NCBI GenBank assembly: GCA_963723135.1
Contig: CAVRPN010000007.1
Coordinates: 1,229,373 to 1,293,372 of the forward strand
Direction: 5' to 3'
DNA from: an uncultured Acidobacteriaceae bacterium
GTDB taxonomy: Bacteria > Acidobacteriota > Terriglobia > Terriglobales > Acidobacteriaceae
Length of the DNA stretch: 64,000 nucleotides
A program made the translations under genes and the position numbers. Below, one piece after another: positions 1 to 7,637 of the stretch (position 1 is its first letter; every line of letters begins with the position of its first letter). Under the pieces are notes generated by a model that worked only from the letters and a program-made list of their open reading frames with translations, was not told the DNA's origin and did no database searches.

Positions 1-404
1 GTTCGTCCCTGCCGGTCGCGGCCGTAGGCGATTGATCCGGTGCCTGCGATCACGATCACGCCTGGACCCGAACCGAAGGCGGCTTCGAAAGCAATATCCG
101 CATCGCCGACGACTGTGACTTGGCCCGGAAGAATCTCCGCCAGTATCTGGCTGACGGAAGTTGAAATCTCAGCCCGGCCGGCGCCGGCCGCGCCGACGCA
201 GGTGCGATCAATCTGCCGCGGAGAAATTCCTGCGGCTGAGCAGGCTTGCCGCACCGCCTGGTGCAGCGATTCGCGAGCCCGAGCTTCGCCCACGCGGACA
301 ATGTTGCTCGGTCCGGCGGTCGAAGTTGCCAGTAGCGAGATAGTGTCGCCCACGGCACACGTCGTTTTGCTGCCGCCGCCGTCGATGCCGAGGTAGTAAG
401 GCAC
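1..404 (-). CDS. BadF/BadG/BcrA/BcrD-type ATPase (N-acetylglucosamine-kinase-like), N-terminal 134 aa only; the 3' end lies beyond the left window edge
   Basis: Missing from the ORF track because it runs off the edge. Reverse-strand translation starts at GTG 404, with an in-frame TAA immediately upstream. It reads VPYYLGIDGGGSKTTCAVGD...GPGVIVIAGTGSIAYGRDRQGR. The LGIDGGGSKT (phosphate-1) and AGTGS motifs are typical of ASKHA/BadF-family kinases. Confidence 0.6.
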   Translation of the reverse strand, partial: MPYYLGIDGGGSKTTCAVGDTISLLATSTAGPSNIVRVGEARARESLHQAVRQACSAAGISPRQIDRTCVGAAGAGRAEISTSVSQILAEILPGQVTVVGDADIAFEAAFGSGPGVIVIAGTGSIAYGRDRQGR

Positions 405-424
405 GGGTTAGTTCTATCACAGGG

Positions 425-490
425 CAGTTCTCAGTTCTCAGTTCTCAGTTCTCAGTTCTCGGTTCTCAGTTCTCAGTTCTCAGTTCTCAG
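425..490. repeat. Heptanucleotide microsatellite (CAGTTCT) x about 9.4, with one variant unit CGGTTCT
   Basis: Direct reading of 425-490. It sits in the divergent intergenic region between the BadF-like gene (start 404, minus) and the symporter (start 562, plus). Confidence 0.95.
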
Positions 491-561
491 TCGCTCGTCT
501 TTGGCAGGTTCACAGAGTCTCACTCGCGGGAAAGGCCTTCAGCGCCGATAATGACTCACAC

Positions 562-2004
562 ATGGGCCTGAACCGACTGGATCTCGCGATCATCGCGCTG
601 TACCTGGTGGCGATCACTCTGTTTGGGCTGCGCTTTCGCAAGCGGCACCGGTCGCTGCGCGACTACTTTCTGGCGGGGCGCGATATTCCCTGGTGGGCGA
701 TTGCGCTGTCGATCGTTGCGGCCGAAACCAGCACCCTGACCATCGTCAGCATCCCCGGGCTGGCCTACGACACCAACCTGGCTTTCCTGCAGGTGGTGAT
801 GGGGTACCTGGTCGGGCGGGTGATGATCAGCCTGGTGCTGTTGCCGCATTATTTCCGTGGCGATCTCTATACCGCCTACGAACTGATCGAACGCCGCTTC
901 GGGCACGGCCTGCGCTCGCTGACGGCCGGGTTGTTCCTGCTGACGCGGGCGGCGGCGGAAGGAGTACGGGTCTATGCGGTCTCGATTGTGGTGGGAATCG
1001 CACTGGGGACGGGGCAGGTCGCGTCGATTGCGATCATTACGATATTGACGCTGATCTATACGTTTGAGGGCGGCCTGGCGGCCGTGATCTGGACTGACGT
1101 GGTGCAGACGGGAATCTATGTGGGCGGAACCCTGGTGGGTCTGGCGACCATTGTCCATCTCGTGCCCGGAGGATGGCCGGCGATCCACGCCGCGGCGGCC
1201 AGCACGGGAAAATTGCGGGTGTTCGACTTCAGGCCCAACCTCTGGTTGCCCTACACGTTTTGGGCCGGGGTGATTGGCGGGACGTTCTTCACCATAGCCA
1301 GCCATGGCACCGATCAGTTGATCGTGCAACGCTTGCTGGCGGCCCGCAGCCAGAAGCAATCGGCAACAGCGCTGATTACGAGCGGCGTGGCGGTTCTTTT
1401 TCAGTTTGCGCTGTTTTTGATTCTGGGTGTGATGCTGTGGGCGTTCTATCGCGTGCCTTCGGCGACCTTTGGCAAGCCTGACTACATTTATCCGAGGTTC
1501 ATTGTCAGCCAGATGCCGCATGGCATTTCCGGACTGCTGATTGCGGCCATCCTGGCTGCGGCCATGTCGAACCTGAGCGCGGCGCTGAATTCGTTGTCGT
1601 CGAGCACGATCATGGACTTTTTTCTGCGTTTCCGTCCCCAAACCGACGACCGGAAACGCATGCTGCTTTCGCGGCTTTCAACATTCCTGTGGGCAGCGCT
1701 GTTGTTTGGGTTGGCAGTCATCGCCTTACAAAAAGCGGGTCGGGTGGTGGAGGTTGGGTTGCAGATCGCTTCGGTGGCGTATGGTGCGCTGCTGGGGGTG
1801 TTTCTGCTGGGCGTGCTCACGCGGCGGGCGAACCAACCGGGCGCGATGGTAGGCATGGTGTGCGGGTTTGGGGTGGAACTGTATTTGTGGCTGGGAACCC
1901 ACGTGCCCTGGACCTGGTGGGTGATGATTGGAACAGGCGTGACGTTTGGCGTGGGGTACGCCTGCAGTATTTTCTTTGCAGACAGCCTGGCAAAAAGCAC
2001 TTAA
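562..2004 (+). CDS. Sodium:solute symporter family (SSF) transporter
   Basis: 480-aa polytopic ORF. The N-terminus RDYFLAGRDIPWWAIALSIVAAETSTLTIVSIPG and overall hydrophobic architecture are typical of SSF permeases. Confidence 0.8.
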   Translation: MGLNRLDLAIIALYLVAITLFGLRFRKRHRSLRDYFLAGRDIPWWAIALSIVAAETSTLTIVSIPGLAYDTNLAFLQVVMGYLVGRVMISLVLLPHYFRGDLYTAYELIERRFGHGLRSLTAGLFLLTRAAAEGVRVYAVSIVVGIALGTGQVASIAIITILTLIYTFEGGLAAVIWTDVVQTGIYVGGTLVGLATIVHLVPGGWPAIHAAAASTGKLRVFDFRPNLWLPYTFWAGVIGGTFFTIASHGTDQLIVQRLLAARSQKQSATALITSGVAVLFQFALFLILGVMLWAFYRVPSATFGKPDYIYPRFIVSQMPHGISGLLIAAILAAAMSNLSAALNSLSSSTIMDFFLRFRPQTDDRKRMLLSRLSTFLWAALLFGLAVIALQKAGRVVEVGLQIASVAYGALLGVFLLGVLTRRANQPGAMVGMVCGFGVELYLWLGTHVPWTWWVMIGTGVTFGVGYACSIFFADSLAKST

Positions 2005-2258
2005 CCGCAAAGTTCGCTAAGAACGGCCGCGAAGGTCGCAAAGACAGGCAATGCTAAGTAGAAGTGCTTTGCGTGCTTTGCGGTTTTTCTTGGCGGCCTT
2101 TGCGGTCCAGCAGCATTTTCTTCGCAGGCAACGTGGCAGAAAGCACTTAACTGCAAAGTTCGCTAAGAACGGCCGCGAAGGTCGCAAAGACAGGCAATGC
2201 TTAAGTAGAAGCGCTTTGCCTGCTTTGCGGCTTTTCTTTGCGACCTTTGCGGTCCAAG
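1994..2258. repeat. Tandem duplication (about 146-bp unit, two copies) of a REP-like element; each unit is an imperfect inverted repeat
   Basis: AGCACTTAAC(C/T)GCAAAGTTCGCTAAGAACGGCCGCGAAGGTCGCAAAGACAGGCAATGC occurs at 1996-2055 and again at 2142-2201. Each copy is followed by a partner arm ...GCTTTGCGG(T/C)TTTTCTT(G/T)GCG(G/A)CCTTTGCGGTCCA. The stop codon of the symporter lies inside the first copy. Confidence 0.85.
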
Positions 2259-2350
2259 GTGTTTCGTTTCGGGAACACTCTCTGAATTTTTGCCGACAGT
2301 GGGATTGGCGCAGAGGTGCGTCGGAGTAGAGTTTTTGCTGGGGCCAAGAA

Positions 2351-2794
2351 GTGACCGGCGACATTACTCCTCAGATCATCGGAGCGGCGATCAAGATTCA
2401 CCGCAGGCTTGGACCGGGACTGCTGGAATCAGCGTACGAGGCCTGTCTGGCCTACGAACTCGAGAGGCTCGGCTTCCGCGTCCAACGACAGAAGCCGGTG
2501 CCGCTGGTGTATGAAGGCGTGAAACTGGAGTGCGGCTTTCGCGCCGATCTCGTCGTCGACGGCAAAGTGGTGATAGAGATCAAGTGCAAAGAGGCGCTCC
2601 ATCCCGTGGACCAAGCACAACTCCTGTCTCACTTGCGTTTGCTGGATCTCCGTGTGGGGCTCTTGATCAACTTCCACGTCGTCCTGCTCAAGGACGGGAT
2701 AAAGCGCATGGTAAACAACTACCAAGAGCAAACGGAAAGGAATCTTCCCATACAAGGCGAGATTCTCCACCGCCAGGAGTACCCAACCTCTTAA
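2351..2794 (+). CDS. GxxExxY protein (PD-(D/E)XK nuclease superfamily, TIGR04256-like)
   Basis: 147-aa ORF with a GTG start. It carries the eponymous motif GPGLLESAYEACLAYEL, followed by ...DLVVDGKVVIEIKC (a D..(D/E)xK-like core). Confidence 0.85.
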   Translation: MTGDITPQIIGAAIKIHRRLGPGLLESAYEACLAYELERLGFRVQRQKPVPLVYEGVKLECGFRADLVVDGKVVIEIKCKEALHPVDQAQLLSHLRLLDLRVGLLINFHVVLLKDGIKRMVNNYQEQTERNLPIQGEILHRQEYPTS

Positions 2795-2829
2795 CCGCAA
2801 AGTTCGCTAAGAACGGCCGCGAAGGTCGC
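2790..2829. repeat. Third copy of the 40-bp REP-like core CTTAACCGCAAAGTTCGCTAAGAACGGCCGCGAAGGTCGC
   Basis: Identical to 2000-2039 and one mismatch from 2146-2185. It again starts at the stop codon (TAA) of the preceding gene. Confidence 0.9.
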
Positions 2830-2882
2830 CGAGAAAATCGGGGGAAGCGCTTTGCTTCTCACGTATACTGCCCCTTTCATCC

Positions 2883-4301
2883 ATGAGTGGAACTGTGCAG
2901 GCTGCGTCCCGCGCCGAACTTTCCCGCGAGCTTGGGGTGAGCCACGCCTCGGCGGTGGTGGTGGGAACCATCATCGGCAGCGGAATATTTCTGGTTCCAA
3001 CCGAGATGATGCAGGCGGTGGGCTCGGCCCGGCTGGTGTATCTGGCCTGGCTGGTGGGCGGGGCGCTGTCATTCTTCGGGGCGCTCACTTACGCCGAACT
3101 GGGGGCGATGAAGCCGCAGGCCGGCGGCGAGTATGTGTACGTGCGCGACGGCTACGGTCCGCTGGCTGGGTTTCTGTACGCCTGGACCTGGTTCATCGTC
3201 GCCAAGCCCGGCTCGATTGCGACGGTCGCCACAGGATTGGTGCGAATCCTGGGCACGTTTTCGATTTTTTCGTTCTTCTCGCGGAGCGCGATCACAATAC
3301 CGTTCGCCGTCAGCTGGGGCCAGGTCGTGGCCATCGCGGCGGCGATTTTCATTTCTCTTCTTAATTACATCGGGGTGAAAAAAGCGGGTGAGTTCCAGTT
3401 GGTGTTTACGGTGCTGAAAGTGGCCATCATTCTGGGGATCGTCCTGGTGTGCTTCGGCGCGGCCTCGGGGGGCTGGAGCCATTTCAGCGGACGCTATGTC
3501 GGCGCCAAGGGTGGCATGGCCGGCTTCATGGCTGCGCTGGTGGCAGCGCTGTGGGCGTATGACGGATGGAACGACCTCAACATGGTGGCGGGAGAGGTGA
3601 AGCGTCCGGAGCGCAATCTTCCGATTGCGCTGATTGCTGGCGTGGCTACGGTGGGGGTGCTGTACGTGCTGATGAACGCAGCGGTGCAGTATGTTCTGCC
3701 TGCGAATGCGATTGCAGCCTCGCCCCGGCCGGCGTCGGACGCGGTGGCCGTGGCGGTTTCCGGAGTCTGGGGACACATGGGGAGCGGCGTGCTTGCGGCC
3801 AAGGTGGTGTCGCTGGGCATGGCCATCTCCATGCTGGTGACCCTGAATGGCACCATCATGAGCGGGGCGCGCGTGCCCTTTGCGGTGGCGCGGGACGGCT
3901 ATTTCTTCCGCGCTCTCGCGGATGTGCATCCCCGATTTCATACCCCTTCGGTGGCGATCGCGGTACAGGCGGCGTTGTCGATTGTGCTTCTGCTGCTGGG
4001 TGGGAGTTTTCGGCAGCTGTTTTCTTTGACGATTTTCGCGGAATGGCTGTTCTACATGATCGCGGGCAGCACGATTTTCGTCTTTCGCCGGCGAGATCCG
4101 GACGCGGTGCGGCCCTATCGTGTGCTGGGATACCCTCTGGTTCCGGCCATGTTTGTGGCTATTGCCGCGGTGCTGCTCTACTACACCTTCCGGGAGAACT
4201 GGCCGAATTCGCTGTATGGCGCGCCGGTGATTCTGGCCGGGGTGCCGGTTTTCGCTTACTTTTCGCGGCTGCGACGGGATCCTGGCAGGATTGGAACCTG
4301 A
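2883..4301 (+). CDS. APC-family amino acid permease
   Basis: 472-aa ORF with about 12 predicted TM segments. The N-terminal GTIIGSGIFLVPTEMM motif is characteristic of APC/LAT-type transporters. Confidence 0.85.
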   Translation: MSGTVQAASRAELSRELGVSHASAVVVGTIIGSGIFLVPTEMMQAVGSARLVYLAWLVGGALSFFGALTYAELGAMKPQAGGEYVYVRDGYGPLAGFLYAWTWFIVAKPGSIATVATGLVRILGTFSIFSFFSRSAITIPFAVSWGQVVAIAAAIFISLLNYIGVKKAGEFQLVFTVLKVAIILGIVLVCFGAASGGWSHFSGRYVGAKGGMAGFMAALVAALWAYDGWNDLNMVAGEVKRPERNLPIALIAGVATVGVLYVLMNAAVQYVLPANAIAASPRPASDAVAVAVSGVWGHMGSGVLAAKVVSLGMAISMLVTLNGTIMSGARVPFAVARDGYFFRALADVHPRFHTPSVAIAVQAALSIVLLLLGGSFRQLFSLTIFAEWLFYMIAGSTIFVFRRRDPDAVRPYRVLGYPLVPAMFVAIAAVLLYYTFRENWPNSLYGAPVILAGVPVFAYFSRLRRDPGRIGT

Positions 4302-4583
4302 ACGGGGAAGGACGCCAAGGAAAGGCCGCGAGATGGCAAAGAAATCCGCTTTCTTCTTGTTTTCGTGAGGCTCGTGGCGATTGGTCCGCGGGCTGGGCAG
4401 GGAAAGATTCCGCGGCAAAGCGCGCGGAAGGGGGCCATCTTGGGCCGATTCCCGCATTGATTCCCGCATTGGTTACCTTAGGTCAAGAGCCGTGGACACG
4501 TTTACCCCCTGTCCTATCTCCCGTATCTTAAAAACTCCAATCCCGGTCCCCTCCCTCGGCCTGGGTCCCCTTGGAGTAAATAC

Positions 4584-5627
4584 ATGGCTACGTATCAACG
4601 CGGGTTTCAGCTGGGAATTTTGCCCGAGCGCAAGATCGACAGGCGCGCGGTGGCGACCGGCTATTCGTTCCTGGTGGTGGTGATCCTGATCATTATCAAC
4701 ATCGGGCTCCTGCTGCCGGACCGAATCCAGCTGAAGCAGTATCGCGTGACCGAACTGATCCCATTGCCGGCCATGAGGCCGGAGCCGGCGCCGATCAAGC
4801 GGACACCGGTCAAGGCAAAACTGCTGCCGGCGGTCAAAATCCCGGTATTCGAGCAGCCAAAACTTATTGTTCCGCGCGAGGTTCGCCACGTTGCGGCGGA
4901 GAAAGTGGAAGCGCCCAAAGTGGTGCTGAACCAGTTTGCTCCGCCCCAGTTGAAGATGACTGCGGCCGGGGGCGCGCGTCCGCAACTGTTGCACACCGGC
5001 GACTTCCAGGGCAGTTCGGCCGCGCCGACGGTAAATGCGGCGGTGCAGAAAGTGCAGACCGGCGGCTTCGGCGATCCCAATGGCCTGAAGGGAACGGGGA
5101 AAGAAGGCGCGAAGTTGTACGCCGCGCAGGCCGGCGGATTTGACATGCCCGTGGGTCCGGGACAAGGAAACGGATCGGGCGGAGCGAAAGGAATCAAGGG
5201 AACCGTGGCCAGTGCCGATTTCGGAAACGGAATCGCCACCGGAGGCAACGGAGACGGCCGCAGTAACGGGCGTGGCAGCGGAGTTGCAACCGGTGGGTTT
5301 GGATCGGAGCAGGTAGTGCACGGGGGGCCGAGAATCCAGACGGATTCGGGTCCGGCGACGACCCCGGTGGAGATCACGTTCAAGCCTAACCCGGTCTACA
5401 CCGACGAAGCCCGCAGCCTGAAGCTGGAAGGCGAAGTGCTGCTGGAGGTGAGTTTCAGCGCCAACGGAACCTTGCACGTGATTCGCGTGGTGCGGGGCCT
5501 GGGACATGGTCTGGATGAGGCTGCGATGGCCGCCGCCAACAAGATGCGCTTCAAACCGGCGCTGCGGAACGGGCAACCGATGGATTCGACCGCGATCGTG
5601 CACGTGGTTTTTCAGCTTGCGTACTGA
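4584..5627 (+). CDS. Energy transducer TonB family protein
   Basis: N-terminal TM anchor, Pro/Lys-rich and Gly-rich spacer, and a C-terminal TonB domain (PVYTDEARSLKLEGEVLLEVSFSANGTL...KMRFKPALRNGQP). Confidence 0.75.
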   Translation: MATYQRGFQLGILPERKIDRRAVATGYSFLVVVILIIINIGLLLPDRIQLKQYRVTELIPLPAMRPEPAPIKRTPVKAKLLPAVKIPVFEQPKLIVPREVRHVAAEKVEAPKVVLNQFAPPQLKMTAAGGARPQLLHTGDFQGSSAAPTVNAAVQKVQTGGFGDPNGLKGTGKEGAKLYAAQAGGFDMPVGPGQGNGSGGAKGIKGTVASADFGNGIATGGNGDGRSNGRGSGVATGGFGSEQVVHGGPRIQTDSGPATTPVEITFKPNPVYTDEARSLKLEGEVLLEVSFSANGTLHVIRVVRGLGHGLDEAAMAAANKMRFKPALRNGQPMDSTAIVHVVFQLAY

Positions 5628-5757
5628 CAGTCAGGGAACAGGGAGTTTGGTTCGACCGATTCGTTTCGCGAACTTGAGTCAGCGGGGCGGATTGAAACGA
5701 GGGTACGGAAAGATCGATTTGCTGAATCTGGATTTAAGAAACCTGGAGAAAAGAGTC

Positions 5758-7533
5758 ATGCGTACTTGGAATTGGATGTTTACGGCCACGCTGCTGGTAT
5801 CGTTGAGCGCTGCGGCGCAACAGCCGTCGAATTCACAACCGCCGGCCCAGCCTGAGGCAGCGGCCACCGCGCCAACGGCCCAAGCGGGCTCACAGTCGCA
5901 GCCGCCTACGACTCCGGCTCCGCCGGTGTCGGCTTTGCCGCAGCCGACCACCATGGACCAGGTGGTGGACCGCTTCATCGAGCGCGAGCACAGCCTGATC
6001 AAGGCGCTCTCGACCCGCACCCCGGTGGTGGAGACCTATCTCCAGAACCTGAGCGCCGACCCGCAACTCGGACCCGTGCCCAGCGAGGACCATTATTTTC
6101 TGGGGCGCATGGACATGGGCGAGTCGGTCGACCGCAAGGACTATCTGAAGGAGCAGGACAAGAGCATGCAGATCCGCCTGATGGGCGGCTTCCAGAAGCT
6201 CTTCAAGGTGCAGTATCAGCCTCTGGGATTCTCCTGGATGGTCTATGCCGACCGCAGCGACTTCGACCGCCAGCACTACGACTTCAGCTACATCCGCCGC
6301 GAATTCCTCGGCGACGTGCGCTGCCTGGTATTTGACGTTAAGCCCAAAAAGAATTCCGGCAAGGGCCGCTTCTTAGGCCGCATCTGGGTCGAGGACCAGG
6401 ATTGGAACATTGTGCGCCTGAACGGCACGTACGCTCCGGCCCCGCACAACTCCTACTTCTTTCACATGGACAGCTGGCGGCTGAATCTGATTCCCGGCTA
6501 CTGGGTGCCGGCCTACATCTACAGCGAAGAAGGCGACTTCAGCGCAGGAGTGAAGAACAAGATGGCGTTCAAGGCGCAGACCCGCATCTGGGGATACGAC
6601 CTAAAGAAAAGCGACAAAGACGACGAGTTAACCCAAATCCGTGTGGACAGCGTGAAGGATGAAAGCCCCACGGCCCAGGACGCCTCTCCGCTGCAGGCCG
6701 AGCGGGAATGGCAGCAGCAGGCGGAAGACAACGTGATTGAGCGCCTCACGCGCGCGGGCTTGCTCGCACCCGAGGGCGATGTCGACCGGATTCTGCAGAC
6801 CGTGGTCAACAACCTGGAAGTCACCAACAACATCGACCTGCCGCGGCCGGTGCGCACGCGCGTGCTGCTCACGGCTCCTCTGGAAACTTTCAGCGTGGGC
6901 AACACCATCGTGATCAGCCGCGGGCTGATCGACGTATTGCCGGACGAGGCCAGCCTGGCCGCCGTTCTGGCGCACGAACTGGCGCACATTGTGCTGGGTC
7001 ACAACCTCGGCAGCAAGTTTGCCTTCAACGATCGCATGCTGTTCTCCGACGAGTCCACCTATAACAACCTGGGCTTCAAACACGTTCCGGAAGAGGAAGC
7101 AGCCGCCGACAAGAAAGCCGTCGAGCTGCTGAAGAACTCGCCTTACGCGCAGAAGCTCGATAGCGTGGGGTTATTCCTGAAGGCGCTGCAGGCGCGGGCT
7201 CCGCAGCTCAACGCGCTGCTGACCACGCACCTGGGCAACCCGCTGGCGGAGAACGGCACGGTGACGCGGCTGTCGGGGTTGATGACCACCGGGCCGGCGC
7301 TCGACATAAACAAACTGGACCAGGTCGCGGCCCTGCCGCTGGGCGGGCGCGTCAAGGTCAATCCCTGGGACGACAAGGCGGAAATGGTGAAGACGGCTCC
7401 GGTCGCCATCACTTCAGCCCGCGACAAGATGCCGTTTGAAGTCACGCCTTTCTATCCGCGGCTGGCTCGCTTCGGTGCGGGGAACGCCCCGAACGCGCCG
7501 ACTACGGCGGCGAACTCGAGCACGGGGAACTAG
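5758..7533 (+). CDS. Secreted M48-family zinc metallopeptidase with a large N-terminal domain of unknown function
   Basis: Start moved to ATG 5758 (GGAGAA Shine-Dalgarno at 5745). This gives the signal peptide MRTWNWMFTATLLVSLSAAAQQ. The HExxH motif is in AVLAHELAHIVLGHNLG. The track ORF start at 5506 would overlap tonB. Confidence 0.75.
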   Translation: MRTWNWMFTATLLVSLSAAAQQPSNSQPPAQPEAAATAPTAQAGSQSQPPTTPAPPVSALPQPTTMDQVVDRFIEREHSLIKALSTRTPVVETYLQNLSADPQLGPVPSEDHYFLGRMDMGESVDRKDYLKEQDKSMQIRLMGGFQKLFKVQYQPLGFSWMVYADRSDFDRQHYDFSYIRREFLGDVRCLVFDVKPKKNSGKGRFLGRIWVEDQDWNIVRLNGTYAPAPHNSYFFHMDSWRLNLIPGYWVPAYIYSEEGDFSAGVKNKMAFKAQTRIWGYDLKKSDKDDELTQIRVDSVKDESPTAQDASPLQAEREWQQQAEDNVIERLTRAGLLAPEGDVDRILQTVVNNLEVTNNIDLPRPVRTRVLLTAPLETFSVGNTIVISRGLIDVLPDEASLAAVLAHELAHIVLGHNLGSKFAFNDRMLFSDESTYNNLGFKHVPEEEAAADKKAVELLKNSPYAQKLDSVGLFLKALQARAPQLNALLTTHLGNPLAENGTVTRLSGLMTTGPALDINKLDQVAALPLGGRVKVNPWDDKAEMVKTAPVAITSARDKMPFEVTPFYPRLARFGAGNAPNAPTTAANSSTGN

Positions 7534-7637
7534 AGCAAGACTCCAACTCCAAGTTGCAGTAAGCGAGGGCTGGGATCCGGAAGCATATTCCGGGATACCC
7601 AGCCTTCGTATTTTGTGGGAACCTCTACCTGTACCGC

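Noticed and set aside
40-396. Plus-strand 118-aa ORF (and the minus-strand ORFs 56..358 and 208..420) at the left edge
   Set aside because: The compositions are Ala/Pro/Arg-rich and featureless. The third reverse frame gives a clean BadF/ASKHA kinase N-terminus (LGIDGGGSKT), so these are overlapping shadow frames.
425-490. Could the short tandem repeats be a degenerate CRISPR array?
   Set aside because: The units are 7 bp and contiguous with no spacers. No cas genes are present, so this is a microsatellite and not a CRISPR array.
556-1641. Long antisense ORFs opposite real genes (for example 556..1641-, 3069..4469-, 4473..5603-, 7665..9191+, 11260..12276-, 33992..35059+, 37730..38569+, 38578..39615+, 41977..44163+, 50460..51572+, 58429..59985+, 61222..62076-)
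   Set aside because: These are typical high-GC shadow ORFs. They are extremely Arg/Pro/Gly/His-rich, carry no motifs, and each fully overlaps a gene with clear family signatures on the other strand.
5506-5757. N-terminal extension of the M48 peptidase ORF overlapping the tonB 3' end
   Set aside because: The extension overlaps tonB by about 120 nt and is Arg/Trp-rich. An internal ATG at 5758 with a Shine-Dalgarno sequence yields a proper signal peptide.
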